Assembly: GCF_006345805.1 (NCBI RefSeq)
Contig: NC_042997.1
Location: 111,538,001-111,602,000, forward strand
DNA from: Octopus sinensis
Lineage: Eukaryota
Reading direction: 5' to 3'
DNA: 64,000 nt
Shown here: positions 1 through 11,877 of the stretch, one piece after another
Layout: each line of letters starts with the position of its first letter
How positions within the stretch are numbered: position 1 is the first letter of the stretch
Notes under the pieces: model-generated
The model's database searches: none
Seen by the model: the letters and a program-made list of their open reading frames with translations, nothing else
Told to the model about the DNA's origin: nothing
Program-made: the position numbers and the translations under genes

Positions 1-1062
1 GGAAGACTACTGGGAGTAAAGGACCCCTTAGTTTTTGTTAAAGCATGTCTCTAAAACCCACTACAAACCTCCGATGATCAGCAGTGCCTTGGTCAGTGAA
101 TCTTCTGTGATGGTCAACAATGAACAGCAAAATGAGCTGCTATGGATCACACTACCTGAAAGTGCGTATGCATGTGACTGGGGACCACATGTGAATTTGT
201 ATTTCCACTGAAGCTCTAAACATAATTAGAGCTGACTCAACCCACCTTGGGGTTGTACCAGGACAAGGATTTTGATGTTATGTGCACAAATTTTCATCAG
301 AAAATTGGGAACTCCTCCTCCTCATCATCATCACTTTGATGCTCCCTTTTCCATGCTTGCAGGGGTCAGAAGGAATTTATTGGTGCAGATTTTCTACTTC
401 TGAATGCTCTTCCTGTCCCCAACCTTCACCTGTTCCTAAGTAAGGTAATATTTAACCATGGCCAGAAATGTCTCAGAAGGAAAGAAATGAAGGACACCAC
501 TTGTGTGATGGAGTGACCCTTGCTCAAGGCAAAGAAACAGTCATACATGCGCACATGCGTGCGTGCGGACATGCACAATGAGCTCCTTTCAGTTTATGCC
601 TACCAAAGCATTGCATGTGGATTTGGTTGACAGAAATCCACTTGCAAAGCTTTGGTTGGCCCAGGGCTATAATAGAAGTCACTTGCCCAAGGTGCCACAC
701 AGTGGAACTGAACCTGCAACCATATGGTTGGGAAGCAACAGCCATGCCTACACACACACACACTCACACAAGACTGGCATCAGTTAATGAGTGTAAAAGT
801 TTTTAGTTGAACATAAATGACCTTCCTACTTCGTTAGCTCTAAATATTTAAAATATTTAATCACAAATGAACTTTCTTATTGAATTATAAATTTGTGTGG
901 GGAGTGGTGGTGGTGGTGCACACATTCTCCAGTTGGCGGCCACTCAAACATGTGCACTTACATCTATGCACACAGTTGCAGGAATACATTTACATGCACG
1001 CCCCCCACCCCAGCCAGATATTTATCAGAATGTGAGAAAACGAAATAACTTGCAGTTCTTAC

Positions 1063-1073
1063 CTCTACAATGA
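1063..1073 (-). CDS. RSPRY1: Candidate 11-nt RSPRY1 micro-exon (F-I-V-E)
   Basis: tttccag|TCATTGTAGAG|gtaaga with an ~90-nt AG-free pyrimidine-rich upstream zone. Joined to the phase-1 end of exon 2744-2884 it gives DNL-FIVE (human DNL-FLKE). No downstream exon was found to confirm it. Confidence 0.35.
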
Positions 1074-1217
1074 CTGGAAACCATTTTGTAAGGAGTTCAA
1101 ATGAGTTGAAGAGTCGCAGGAAGTTGGAAATAGAAAAGAGAAAACATTAATTACAAACCCACAAATCTGTGTGGAAATAAAAATATATACGTCTATATAT
1201 ATATATATATATATATA

Positions 1218-1453
1218 TAGGGTGGCCCAAAAGTAGGTTTACAGTTATTCAACTTTATCTTTCACATTCATATATTAACAGTTTAGATCTTAATTAAAAA
1301 AAAAATATCAAACCATTATTCTATGCTAATTTCAGTAATTTTGTCAAGCTCCCTTTTCAGTTTGTAAGATAGAAATTTAAATGTAATAAAATGTTTTGAA
1401 AGAAATTTAAAGTGCCTATGTCATAACTGTAGACCGACTTTGGGGCCACCCTG
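1218..1453. mobile_element. Tc1/mariner-type MITE in a (TA)n tract
   Basis: ~30-bp TIRs (tagggtggcccaaaagtaggtttacagttat / ataactgtagaccgacttttggggccaccctg), flanked by TA. Confidence 0.85.
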
Positions 1454-2743
1454 TATATATTTTTATATATCTACATTCAAGAGTATAGAGAAATATTTTG
1501 TATCTATAAATCACAATATATACAATTAAGTCACCTCTTGTAGTAAAGATTGTGTGCCAACATAACATGGCAGTCCTGCTTTAGGACGAATGTTGCTGTA
1601 ATTTAACCCCAGGAGACATCATCTCCAGCTGGCTATATGACATGATCTGTGTCCTTATATTTTCAAACAAGGGAATCTAGTACACCCACTCAGATCAAAA
1701 CAATATCTGCGTATTGCGATTTCCAGGTTATTTTCCTTCATCTGGCAGAGTTTCTACAGTTGGATGCCCTTCCTAACGCCAACCACTTCAAGAGTGTAGT
1801 GGGTGCTTTTATGTGCCACCGGCACGGGGCCAGTCAGGCGGTACTGGCAACGACCTCGCTCGAATCTTTTACACATGCCACCAGCACAGGTGCCAGTAAG
1901 GTGATGCTGGTAACGATCATGCTCGAATGGTGTCTTATGTGCTACCGGCACGGAGGCCAGATAGCTGCTCTGGCAACGATCACGCTCGGATGCACATTAT
2001 ATATATACCTGGGTGTGAGGCACCCTTAGCTTTTGTTAAAGCATGTCTCTAGGGGTATCACCAATATAAAACCTGATATGCAAGGAATGGCATTAGATCT
2101 TTTGTTTGCACTCGAGATCGTGGCACTTCTACATTCCTGAGCCTGCAACCCATTTTGTTGGCACTGGATATTTTGCTCTGGGTCATGTCAGTAGGATGGA
2201 TAAGGAGTGTGAAGTGCTACACAAACTTTTTTGAACCTAAAATTTGGGGGTTGTGAAATCACCAGCGAGGCAACCATCTGATGCTCGGCTGAGTAGGAAG
2301 GCACCACGACAAGCATGGAAGCCATGGAGACGAACCTGGGTGAAGCTAACCGCTGGTGTAATGATCTCTTGTGTAATAATTATTGGTCAATGACCGTCTT
2401 TTTTTGGTCATGAGTGGACAGCCATCATACATACATATAAATTAAGCCACTTCATTTCAAATGGTCCTGTAATACAGACAAGTATCAGTCTGTAGAAATG
2501 AATTCTTCAGTTGTTTTTTTTCCTTTTCAATCTGTTCATCATGTTTAATTTCCAGACTCGACTCGTTACTATTGGAACCATTCCAAAAACATTTGTGAAA
2601 CAAGTCAGTGAGTTTAAAATAGCAATTGTAGTTGAACATTCATCAATGAAATACCAGTGTGAGAAAAAAAAAGAAGAGCAAAAAAAAAAAAAGGACAGAA
2701 ACCCATTAAAATAAATAAATAAAAAAAGTGAAGAAATACATAC

Positions 2744-2884
2744 AAAGATTATCTAATAACCACTGTGCACAAAAGCCAACTTCCCGTTTTTCTGCTTGAG
2801 GACAGCGGTACCATTTCTCTAAAGAAATCAATAAATTCTTTGGATCTGATTGGAGCACTTTGTTTATAGTGATTTTGTTTTCAC
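2744..2884 (-). CDS. RSPRY1: RSPRY1 coding exon, phase 1 to 1
   Basis: Acceptor ttatttttttattctag, donor TTT|gtatgt. 141 nt encoding (S)ENKITINKVLQSDPKNLLISLEKWYRCPQAEKREVGFCAQWLLDNL; compare ENKLTI...LESW......KRQVGFCAQWSLDNL. Splice phases are consistent across all five exons. Confidence 0.93.
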
Positions 2885-4163
2885 CTAGAATAAAAAAATA
2901 AATAAATAAAAGCAAAAGGTTGTTAATATTGCATTTAGTTATTATCTACTACAATTATTATTATTATTACTACAGGATATTTTTAATACTTTTGTTAGTA
3001 TTGATTATTACTTTTGAATATTATTTAATATCAATATTTAGTATTATTTTTATTCAATAGCATTATTTAATAAATTAAAAAAGTAAAAAAAAAAAAGAAA
3101 ATGCTGTCTTCCACACATACAAGATTGTCCTTTCAGGTGCCAGTACCACATGAAAAGTGCCAGTGCCGCGTAAACATCCCTGTACTAGTGGCACATAAAA
3201 AGCACCCAGTGCACTCTGCAAAGTGGTTGGCATTAGGAAGGGCATCCAGCCATAGAAAATCATGCCACAACAGACGATTGGAGTCTGGACAGCTCCATAT
3301 CAAACTGTCCAACCTATGCCAACATGGAAACTGGACATTGCCTGATGATGATGATGATGAAGGTAGTGAGGTAGCAGAATCGGTATCACACTGGTAGCAT
3401 TTCGTCTGTCTTTACATTCTGTGTTCAAATCCTGCTGAGGTCAACTTTGCCTTTCACCCTTTCGGGGTTGATGAAATAAGTACCGGTTGAGTACTGGGGT
3501 CATTGTATATCGACTAGCCCCCTACCCCAAATATCTGGCCTTGTGCCAAAATTTGAAACTTCTCTTGTTATTGTAGATATTGCAGTCACCTAGTCCCATT
3601 TCATCCCTGATACAGTAGATCTATGGCCAGAGACATTACTGAGATGACCATCCCTTCTTTACATTCAACATAGGGAATAAAGATACATCTACATTGTCCA
3701 ATGTGTACCTTTCAATGAATTAATGTCAAACCCTTTGACCCCATATTGTAGACAGATTTGTAAAGCGTCGAGCTGGCAGAATTGTTAGCACGCCAGGAGA
3801 AATGCATTACGGTATATTGTCTGTCTTTATGTTCTGAGTTCAAATTCCGCCAAGGTCGACTTCACCTTTCATCCTTTCGGGGTCGATAAATTAAGTACCA
3901 GTTACGCACTGGGGTCGATCTAAAATCAACTAGCCCCTTCCAAAAATTTTGGGCCTCGTGCCTAGAGTAGAAAAGAATATTTGCTTCATTGTAAGGTAGT
4001 GAAGTGGCAGAAATGATAGCATGCCAGGTAAAATGCTTGGCTGTATTTTGTCTGTCTTTATGTTCTGAGTTCAAATTCCGCCTAGGTCAACTTGTGCCTA
4101 GAGTAGTAAAGATTATATACAGATTTGTTAAGGGCAAGTAAGGAATATAATGGTAACACTCAC

Positions 4164-4227
4164 TAGTTTCTGCAAATTTCTCCATGGCTATAATGGAATG
4201 AAGTATGACAACAGGGGAATCGGAGTG
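4164..4227 (-). CDS. RSPRY1: RSPRY1 coding exon, phase 0 to 1
   Basis: Acceptor ctttgacttttcag, donor CTA|gtgagt. 64 nt encoding HSDSPVVILHSIIAMEKFAET(S); compare [20 protein letters not shown]. Confidence 0.92.
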
Positions 4228-5476
4228 CTGAAAAGTCAAAGAATACAGATTAGGCTACGAAACAGAAACACTGTTTATTCAAAAGTCACAGAATTCAACC
4301 AATCACAATCTGGCACTGATATGACAGAGTGGAACTTTCAACACAAAACAGATATTCATGAAAAGGATGTGGAAACTGAAACCTGACAAAGTTAAAGACT
4401 CGAAACAAAACCCAAGAATGAAGAAATGACATTCAAAACTAACCAATCATTTGTGTCATCTGTTTTCACCTGTGCTTACCTTGTGGTGTATTGCCAATTG
4501 AGTGGAAGAAATTAGTTGTGATTTTTGGATGTAAGAGGGACCCTAGAACTGATCCCACTAAATACTGAAATTGTTACTTAGCATCAAAGAGGGGCTTCTC
4601 ATTTAGGGACAAGGCCAGCAATTTTGAGGAGAGGGGGAGCGGTTGATTACATCAAGCCAAGGATTTGACTAGAATGGTGTGGATTCTCAACCACATGGTC
4701 CCAGGTTCAGTCCCACTGCATGGCACCTTGGGGAAATGTCTTCTACTATAGCTTTGGGCCAACCAAAGCCCTGTGAGTGGATTTGGATGATGGGAACTGA
4801 AAGAAGCTTGGTTTTTTTTTATATATAATGTATGTGCATGTGTGTTTGGGTCTCCTTGTTTTGACATTGTATGATAGTTGTAAATGAGTTTCACTGTCTT
4901 ATAGGCAGTGTCATTCATTCCCAGTATTCTGTGAAATCAGACCTGACCATGAGAAACAGCTCAGGGTTGGCCACAGGAAGGGCATCCAACCATAGAAAAC
5001 CTGCGTCAATAAACTCTGTCCAACCCATGCAAGGAGGGAACAGCTGATATTAAACAGCAATGATGATGAAGATCCCAGGAGGGATGAGAGCAAAATTGAT
5101 CTTGGCAGGGTTTGAATTCAGAGCATAAAGAGCTAGAAGAAATACCACAAGGCATTTTTGATTGTGCTACTCAAATAATTCCACCAATTCATTAGAATCA
5201 GTGAAATGATGGAATCGGTTATTGACAAAGTCCAAAGATATTTGCTAAAAAAAACCCCAAAAAAACCAAAAAAAAAAAAACCAAAGCTCATCTCTTGAAA
5301 ACAATTCAACTTCTAATGTGATTCCAACAGAATATTGCAGCAGGTCTTTTGATTCTGCTTTCAAACAGATGGAATGACCACTTTAACATATATCTAATGA
5401 TAAGAGAGGGAGGGGGGAGGGAGAGAGAGAGATATTGATGTCGTTTCTGTTAGATAAATATTCAAAGTGTACTTAC

Positions 5477-5538
5477 CTTCATATTTGAAATTAAATAGTC
5501 TAAAACATCTGGGGTCAATAATGAAATACTACTTGGTC
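5477..5538 (-). CDS. RSPRY1: RSPRY1 coding exon, phase 1 to 0
   Basis: Acceptor tctttttctttttgtcatttag, donor AAG|gtaagt. 62 nt encoding (G)PSSISLLTPDVLDYLISNMK; compare [21 protein letters not shown]. Confidence 0.92.
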
Positions 5539-5841
5539 CTAAATGACAAAAAGAAAAAGAGAATGTTAAAATTTTATATATATATATATATAAAAATAGA
5601 GAGAGAGACACACACAGAGACATTGAAGGCAATGAACAAAAATAGTAAACAGACAACACAGGAAGGGTAAGATTTAACCTAATGTATTAGTTTAAAGCCT
5701 AAAAAGAGGGAGAGTCTTGACATTTTGGACACTAGTCCTTCATCAGAAGAATAGTAAAGGAAGAGTGTGAAACAATGAATACAACAATTACACCAGGGAA
5801 GAATCAGAGAAGTTATTTAAACATACATACAACATGTTATA

Positions 5842-6059
5842 CGAGGTGGGGGCTGAAAGTTTCCTGGCTTTGGGTAAAAGAAAATACAGGAGGATCAGTT
5901 AATTATGATTTTATTTAACATTTTCCCCTCTCACATTCACACACTTATCGCAGTGGCCCTTCAGTTTACCTAAGCCCTGCAAAAGAACTCGGAAGGTTGG
6001 GCCTCCAACCAGGCCTTTCACAATGCCCTTAAAGCCAGGAACTTTTCAGCACCCCTTCA
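5842..6059. mobile_element. Mariner-type MITE
   Basis: TIRs cgaggtgggggctgaaagtttcctggcttt / aaagccaggaacttttcagcaccccttca, with TA on both sides. Confidence 0.8.
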
Positions 6060-6854
6060 TATTTAATTTTGTTTATTTTTTAACATTATTATACACTCTG
6101 ATGTTCCCAAAAAGTTGTCACACCTCTGCAGCCAGGCCCCTGACACAAATCCACACCCTCTGTTCAAACCTCCTTGAATAATCCCATCATTCGTTGATCA
6201 TGACAGAGGTTAATGATTTGTTATTTGTCAGTCACATAAAGCAATTCTTTCATGCTTAATGGCCAATCATCCAATTCTATGCCAAAGACTGACCTCACTT
6301 TTCATTCATTGCCTTCATATCTAAATCATTGTTTTTCTCCTGTTTTATTCATTTGCATACCAAGATGGTGAACTGGAGGAATTGGTAATGCTTTGAGGAA
6401 TTGCATGTGGTTCTTTACATTCTGAGTTCAAATTCTGTTGAGGTCAATGCAACCAATTTACTCCCTTCCCTAAAAATTGCTGGCCCTGTGCCAAAATGTC
6501 AAAACCAATAATATAGGCAGATGTAGAGTGGTTGGCATCTGGAAGGGCATCCAGCTTTTGAAACCCTGCCAAAGCTGATATTGGGACCTGACACAGCTCT
6601 GTGGCTGTGTGGTAAGAAGATTGCTTCCCAATCACATGATTCCGGGTTCAGTCCCACTGTGTGGCACTTTGGGCAAGGGTCTTCTACTATAGCCTCGGGT
6701 CGACCAAAGCCTTTGTGAGTGGATTTGGTAGACAGAAACTGAAAGAAGCCTGTCGTACATACATACATATGTGTGTGTATTTTAGTGTCTATGTTTCTTT
6801 CCCACCACTGCTTGACAACCAGTGTTGGTGTGTTTACATCTATCTGTCTTAGTA

Positions 6855-7230
6855 GTTTGGCACGTAAAAAGCACCAACCGATCGTGGCCGTTGCCAGCCT
6901 ACCCTGGCACCTGTGCCGGTGGCACGTAAAAAGCCCCATCCGTACGAGGCCGATGCCAGTGCCACCTTGACTGGCTTCTGTGTCAGTGGCACGTAAAAAC
7001 CACCAACTGATCGTGGCCGTTGCCAGCCTCCCCTGGCACCTATGCCGGTGGCACGTAAAAAGCACCCACTACACTCACAGAGTGGTTGGCGTTAGGAAGG
7101 GCATCCAGCTGTAGAAACATTGCCAGATCAGACTGGAGCCTGGCGCAGCCCCCTGGCTTCCCAGACCCCGGTCGAACCGTCCAACCCATGCCAGCATGGA
7201 AAGTGGACGTTTGATGATGATGATGATGAC
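6855..7230 (+). repeat. RTE-LINE 3' tail family (tandem ~60-bp gtgccggtggcacgtaaaaagcacc units, then ggaagggcatccagc...ggacgttaaacgatgatgatg); ~30 copies across the window
   Basis: Same sequence as the 3'UTR of the RTE at 51.4-52.7 kb, with (GAT)n tail. Examples: 1740-1990(-), 3120-3360, 10085-10440(-), 15040-15295, 25050-25300, 27810-28270, 29888-30340(-), 31255-31675, 34383-34710(-), 36880-37200(-), 40082-40535(-), 51170-51395(-). Confidence 0.85.
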
Positions 7231-8281
7231 ATAATAAATGTTGTTGCTGGTTTATTTCTCGGTGATGAAATTCAATTTATCAAATGTTTTCTTTAATGGT
7301 TGTCTTCTGGTTTCTGGAATTAATTCCATTTCCAAAGATGTCAATTTATTTTGTTGATTCCCACATCGAGTTTCAAAGAGGAGGAGGAGGGAAAATTGGA
7401 AGAGTGGGTGGGGTTGTGGATAGTTTAATGGGAGGAAGTGGGGGGGTCGGTGTGAGAAGGAGAACATGGAACAGAATAAGATGGGGGGAGCGAAAGAGAA
7501 AAGTTGGAATAAATCAAAATAGAGAGGGGTAAGGAGCAAAAAAGGAAAAGAAATAGAGGTGGTTTGAGCAGGAAGAAAGAGAGAAGAAAGAAAGATGTCA
7601 CGAATGGCAAAAGACAAAGAAAATAGAGAAATATATTTGCAAAACAATAACAAATGAAAAAAGAAAGGTAGAAAAACGTTTTTGGCAATACACAGAAAAA
7701 AAAAGGGGGGGACCCAATAAAAAGGAAAAAACATAGAAGTTGAAATTTATGTCAGGAGTTTGCAATTATAAACAAAAATAAAATTAAATAAACAAATAGA
7801 AATAGCCTGGAAACCAGTAGAGTTCCTGAAGAGATATCATAGAAGTGGTTGGTGAATGACATCAACATCGCTGCATCATTGGGAAGGTGCCTGGTTTAGT
7901 GGTTGGGGTGTTTGGCTCATGACTGTAAGGTCAGGAGTTCAATACCTGGCAGAGCATTGGGTGCTTGAGCAAGACACCTTATTTCATGTTGCTTTACTGA
8001 ATCTCCCTGAGAACTATGTAAAAAGTATGTGTGTCTGTGGAGTACTCAGCCACTTGCACAATTTCATGAGCAGGTTGTTCTGTTGATAAGGTCAACTGGA
8101 CCCTTCATCGTAACTGACGGAGTGCCAGTTTTTTTTTTTTTCTTCTGTTACTCACATCCTTGTCATTTTAACACCCACTTTTTGCAAAGGCCAGATGGAG
8201 TTTTTTTTATTAAAGCAGATTTTCTGCAGCTGGATGCACTGTTACCAACCCTCACCAGTTTCCAAGCAAGGTACTATTTCC

Positions 8282-8629
8282 CAAAAGTGGGCACCATTAA
8301 TCAAAAAATTAACTTTGTTAACCAAAAAGTTAACTTCAATAAGCATTAATCAGTTGATTCTTTAAAAATGTAACGGAAGTTATCGATAAATTGTTAGTTT
8401 TTATTATAGAAAAAAATTAGTTTTTGCTCTAAAAATACCTTTAAAAAGTGCCAAAAATATAAAATCTGTTAACTTCAATTCAATTGAAGCTAACGGAAGT
8501 TAACTTAACTTAAAAGTAACGGAAGTTAATTAGTCTGATAATGATTTCCAAAGTCAACTTAAAAGTTAAATTGTTAACGAAAATATTAATTTCTTTAATT
8601 ACCGATTAACAGATTGACGCCCAGGTTTG
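8282..8629. mobile_element. hAT-like MITE inserted in an RTE-tail-type repeat
   Basis: 8-bp TSD ctatttcc (8274-8281, 8630-8637). Imperfect TIRs CAAAAGTGGGCACC / CAAACCTGGGCGTC. Removing it restores the host repeat ggta-ctatttcc-ccatggc. Confidence 0.65.
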
Positions 8630-9449
8630 CTATTTCCCCATGGCTAGACGTGTTTTTCATAGAAGACTGGAAATGAATGCCACTGTTTGTATGACAGAGA
8701 CACTCATTTACAACCATCACACAATGTCAAGACAAGCAGACACAAATACACGCTCTCCATCCTCACTTTACATTGATCATCTTCCCCCATTATTTCTCCT
8801 CCCATGTGTCTCTCACTCTTCATCACTAAACTTGCCTCTCTTTCTCCTCTGCCCCCACTGCGTATCACTTTGCCAATATTCAACCCCACTGTACCTTGAG
8901 AATATGTTCTGACATCTCCACTGTCCGTCTCTCTCTCTCCCTCTAACTGGGATATCTGTGTATCTCTTCTACAGTAAGAGACCTGTCTCCATCTCTTATT
9001 CTTTTAACTGGCACAAAGCCACCTCACGTAAAACTACTCCTCCCAGTTGTGGGGACTTTGTATTGTCTTGCAAGTTACTTGGTGGCCCTACTGGTGCTGG
9101 TGCCATGAAAAAAAACACCTAGTACATTCTGTAAAGTAGTTGGTATTGGGAAAGGTATCCAGTCGTAAGAAACCATGCCAAAACAGATAACAGAGCTTGC
9201 CACTACTCTCTGGCTTGCCAACTCTTGTAAAATTATTCAATCCATGTCACTATGGGAAACAAATGTTAAATGATGATCAGGTACCTCAAATCTCTATCAT
9301 TTCATTTACAAAGTCCAACATCCTAAAATCTAAAAGCATCTAACTATATCATTGTTGTTTATAACAAGACATGCTCTTCCTCTTAAAGAATTAAACCCCC
9401 CACCGGCTCATTCGTAATCCATTCCTCAATGTCGTAAATTTCCACTTAC

Positions 9450-9576
9450 CAGCCATTTTTTCCGCCAAACACCCTAATATGATACAAAGGTTACGTTGTG
9501 CTTGGGCACTCCTGAAATTCTCATCACACCCATCTTTCGAAAGTTTCAGAAGTTTGGTCAGCTTCAAAGTTGTAAT
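9450..9576 (-). CDS. RSPRY1: RSPRY1 coding exon, phase 0 to 1
   Basis: Acceptor attctatttccag, donor CTG|gtaagt. 127 nt encoding ITTLKLTKLLKLSKDGCDENFRSAQAQRNLCIILGCLAEKMA(G); compare RSPRY1 ...RN..VLGCLAEKLAG. Confidence 0.93.
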
Positions 9577-10692
9577 CTGGAAATAGAATTCACAAAAATT
9601 TAATTATTTAATTAATTGGGGTATTATTGATACAGGAAGTTGTCACATGATATAAGAGTGATTTGGTAGATGAAATCTGAGTAAAAATCTGCCATGTACA
9701 TGTCTGTCCTCTCCACACCACCTGATAACTGGTATTGGTTTGTTTATGTCCCCATAACTTAGTGGTTTGGCAAAAAAAAAAAAACTGAAAGAATAAGTAA
9801 CAGGCTTAACAAAAGATTAGTACTCAGGTTGATTTGTTTGACTAAAATTCGAGATGGTGCTCCAGTATGGCTGTACTCTAATGACTGAAACAAGTAGGTC
9901 CAGGAGTGGCTGTGTGGGTAAGTAGCTTGCTTCCCAACCACATGGTTCCAGGCTCAGTCCCACTGCATGGCACCTTGGGCAAGTGTCTTCTACTATAGCC
10001 TTGGGCCAACCAGTCTTGTGAGTGGATTTGGTAGACGGAAACTGAAAGAACCCCGTCATTTATATATATATATATATATATATCAATCATCATCATTGTT
10101 TAGCGTCTGTTTTCCATGCTGGCATGGGTCAGACAGTTTGACTGAAGTCTGGAGAGCCAGCAGGTGCACCAGGCTCCAATCTGATCTGGCAGAGTTTCTA
10201 CAGCGGGATGCCCTTCCTAATGCCAACCACTCAGAGAATGTAGAGGGTGCTTTTTATGTGTCACCGGCACAGGAGCCAGTCAGGTGGGCCTAGCATTGAT
10301 CACGTTCAAATAGTGCTTTTTACGTGCCACCGGCATGGGGGCCAGTCAGTGGGTACTGGCATCTGTCACATTCAGATGGTACTTTTTATGTATCACCAGC
10401 ATGGGAGTCACTTAGGGGGTACTGGCATTGGTCACATTTGGTATATAGGTATGTGTGTGTGTGTGTATTTGTCCCCCCTACCACTGCTTGACAACTGATG
10501 TTGGTGTGTTTACGTCCTTGTAACTTAGTGGTTCGGCAAAAGTGACCGATAGAATAAGTACTAGGCTTACAAAGAATAAGTCCTGGGGTTGATTTGTTTG
10601 ACTAAAGGTGGTGCTCCAGCATGGCTGCAGTAAAATGACTGAAAAGAATAAATGAATGTATGTATTATATATGTATGTATACATGCATGTTG

Positions 10693-11010
10693 TGAAGGTG
10701 CATGGCTTAGTGGTTAGGGCATTCGGCTCACGATTGTAAGGTCATAAGTTCGATTCCCAGCAACACATTGTGTCCTTGAGCAAGACACTTTATTTCACGT
10801 TGTTCCAGTCCACTCAGCTGGCAAAAAGGAGTGGTACCTGTAATTCAAAGGGCCGTCCTTGTCACACTGTGTCACGCTGAATCTCCCTGAGAACTAAGTT
10901 AGGGGTACACGTATCTGTGGATTGCTCAGTCACTTGTACATTAATTTCAGAAGCAATTTGTTCTCTTGCTCGTAACAGCTGGGACCCTCGTCGTTGTAAC
11001 CAATGGAGTG
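10693..11010 (+). mobile_element. SINE family C (gtgaaggtgcatggcttagtggttaggg...agttcgattccc...gtgtccttgagcaagacac); also ~7885-8130 and 32300-32640
   Basis: Three aligned copies with tRNA A/B-box-like head and shared body. Confidence 0.8.
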
Positions 11011-11877
11011 CTCCCATACATGCATGTAGGTATAGTAAGTTTCCGCTTGCTCACCTTTGTCAGTTTAATAATGGTGAGCAAGCTAAAACTTCGAAGTCAC
11101 TGTCAAAGTTTTCCTTGTAAAAAGGTTTGTAAGGTATTGAGTTCTCCTTCAGTTTGATAATTTTTTTTATCATAACTCAACACAAAACATGTGTGTGGGT
11201 GTGAAAGAAAACTAGTTTGTCATTAGTTTACTCTGTCAAATCTTTCATTATTTATAACTTTCTCAGTTGAATTGAAGGAGAAATTTTGAAAGTGAAAGGG
11301 AGATGAGGGCAGAGTGTGTGAGAGAGATGAATGAGTTGTTAAACACCAAGTCCTGCACTTAAAGTCATCTTAAGCTAATTTATGATAGGGTTCAACACAC
11401 TGGATCCTACTTTGACCAACGGGTCTTTTTGCCACACCATTCACAAGTCAATCTCCACATTCATCATCATCATCATAGTTGGATATAATAAATTCTTCTG
11501 CTTCTGGTTCCTCTAAAAGGACATCTTGTTATCTTTTATTGCACCACAAGTACAGTATATTATCAGATTACTATTTTTGATGTGGTAGGTACAAGCATGA
11601 CTGAGTGGTCAATAAGTTTCCTTTGGAATCAGAAGGTCTTAGGTTCAAGCCCATTGTGTGGCATCTTGAACAAAGATCATTTCTCATTTTTCTACAGTCT
11701 GTTAGGCACAGGAGTGGCTGTGTGCTAAGTAGCTTGCTTACCAACCACAGGGTTCCGGGTTCAGTCCCACTGTGTGGCACCTTGGGCAAATGTCTTCACC
11801 TATAGCCTTGGGCTGACCAAAGCCTTGTGAGTGAATTTGGTAGATGGAAACTGAAAGAAGCCCGTTGTGTATATATA

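Noticed and set aside
25-2050. Shared 29-bp motif cccttagYttttgttaaagcatgtctcta at 25 and 2023
   Set aside because: Probably the end of another dispersed repeat; too short to classify.
2460-2670. Open frames on both strands (HWYFIDEC...; TRLVTIGTIPK...) and a possible AT-AC intron
   Set aside because: No match to the expected RSPRY1 sequence; the putative 5' site ATAATCTTT does not fit the U12 consensus RTATCCTTT.
5280-5395. Acceptor-like site after a CT tract just downstream of exon 5477-5538
   Set aside because: Gives IYVKVVIPSV* with no donor or homology; the RSPRY1 alignment is complete without it.
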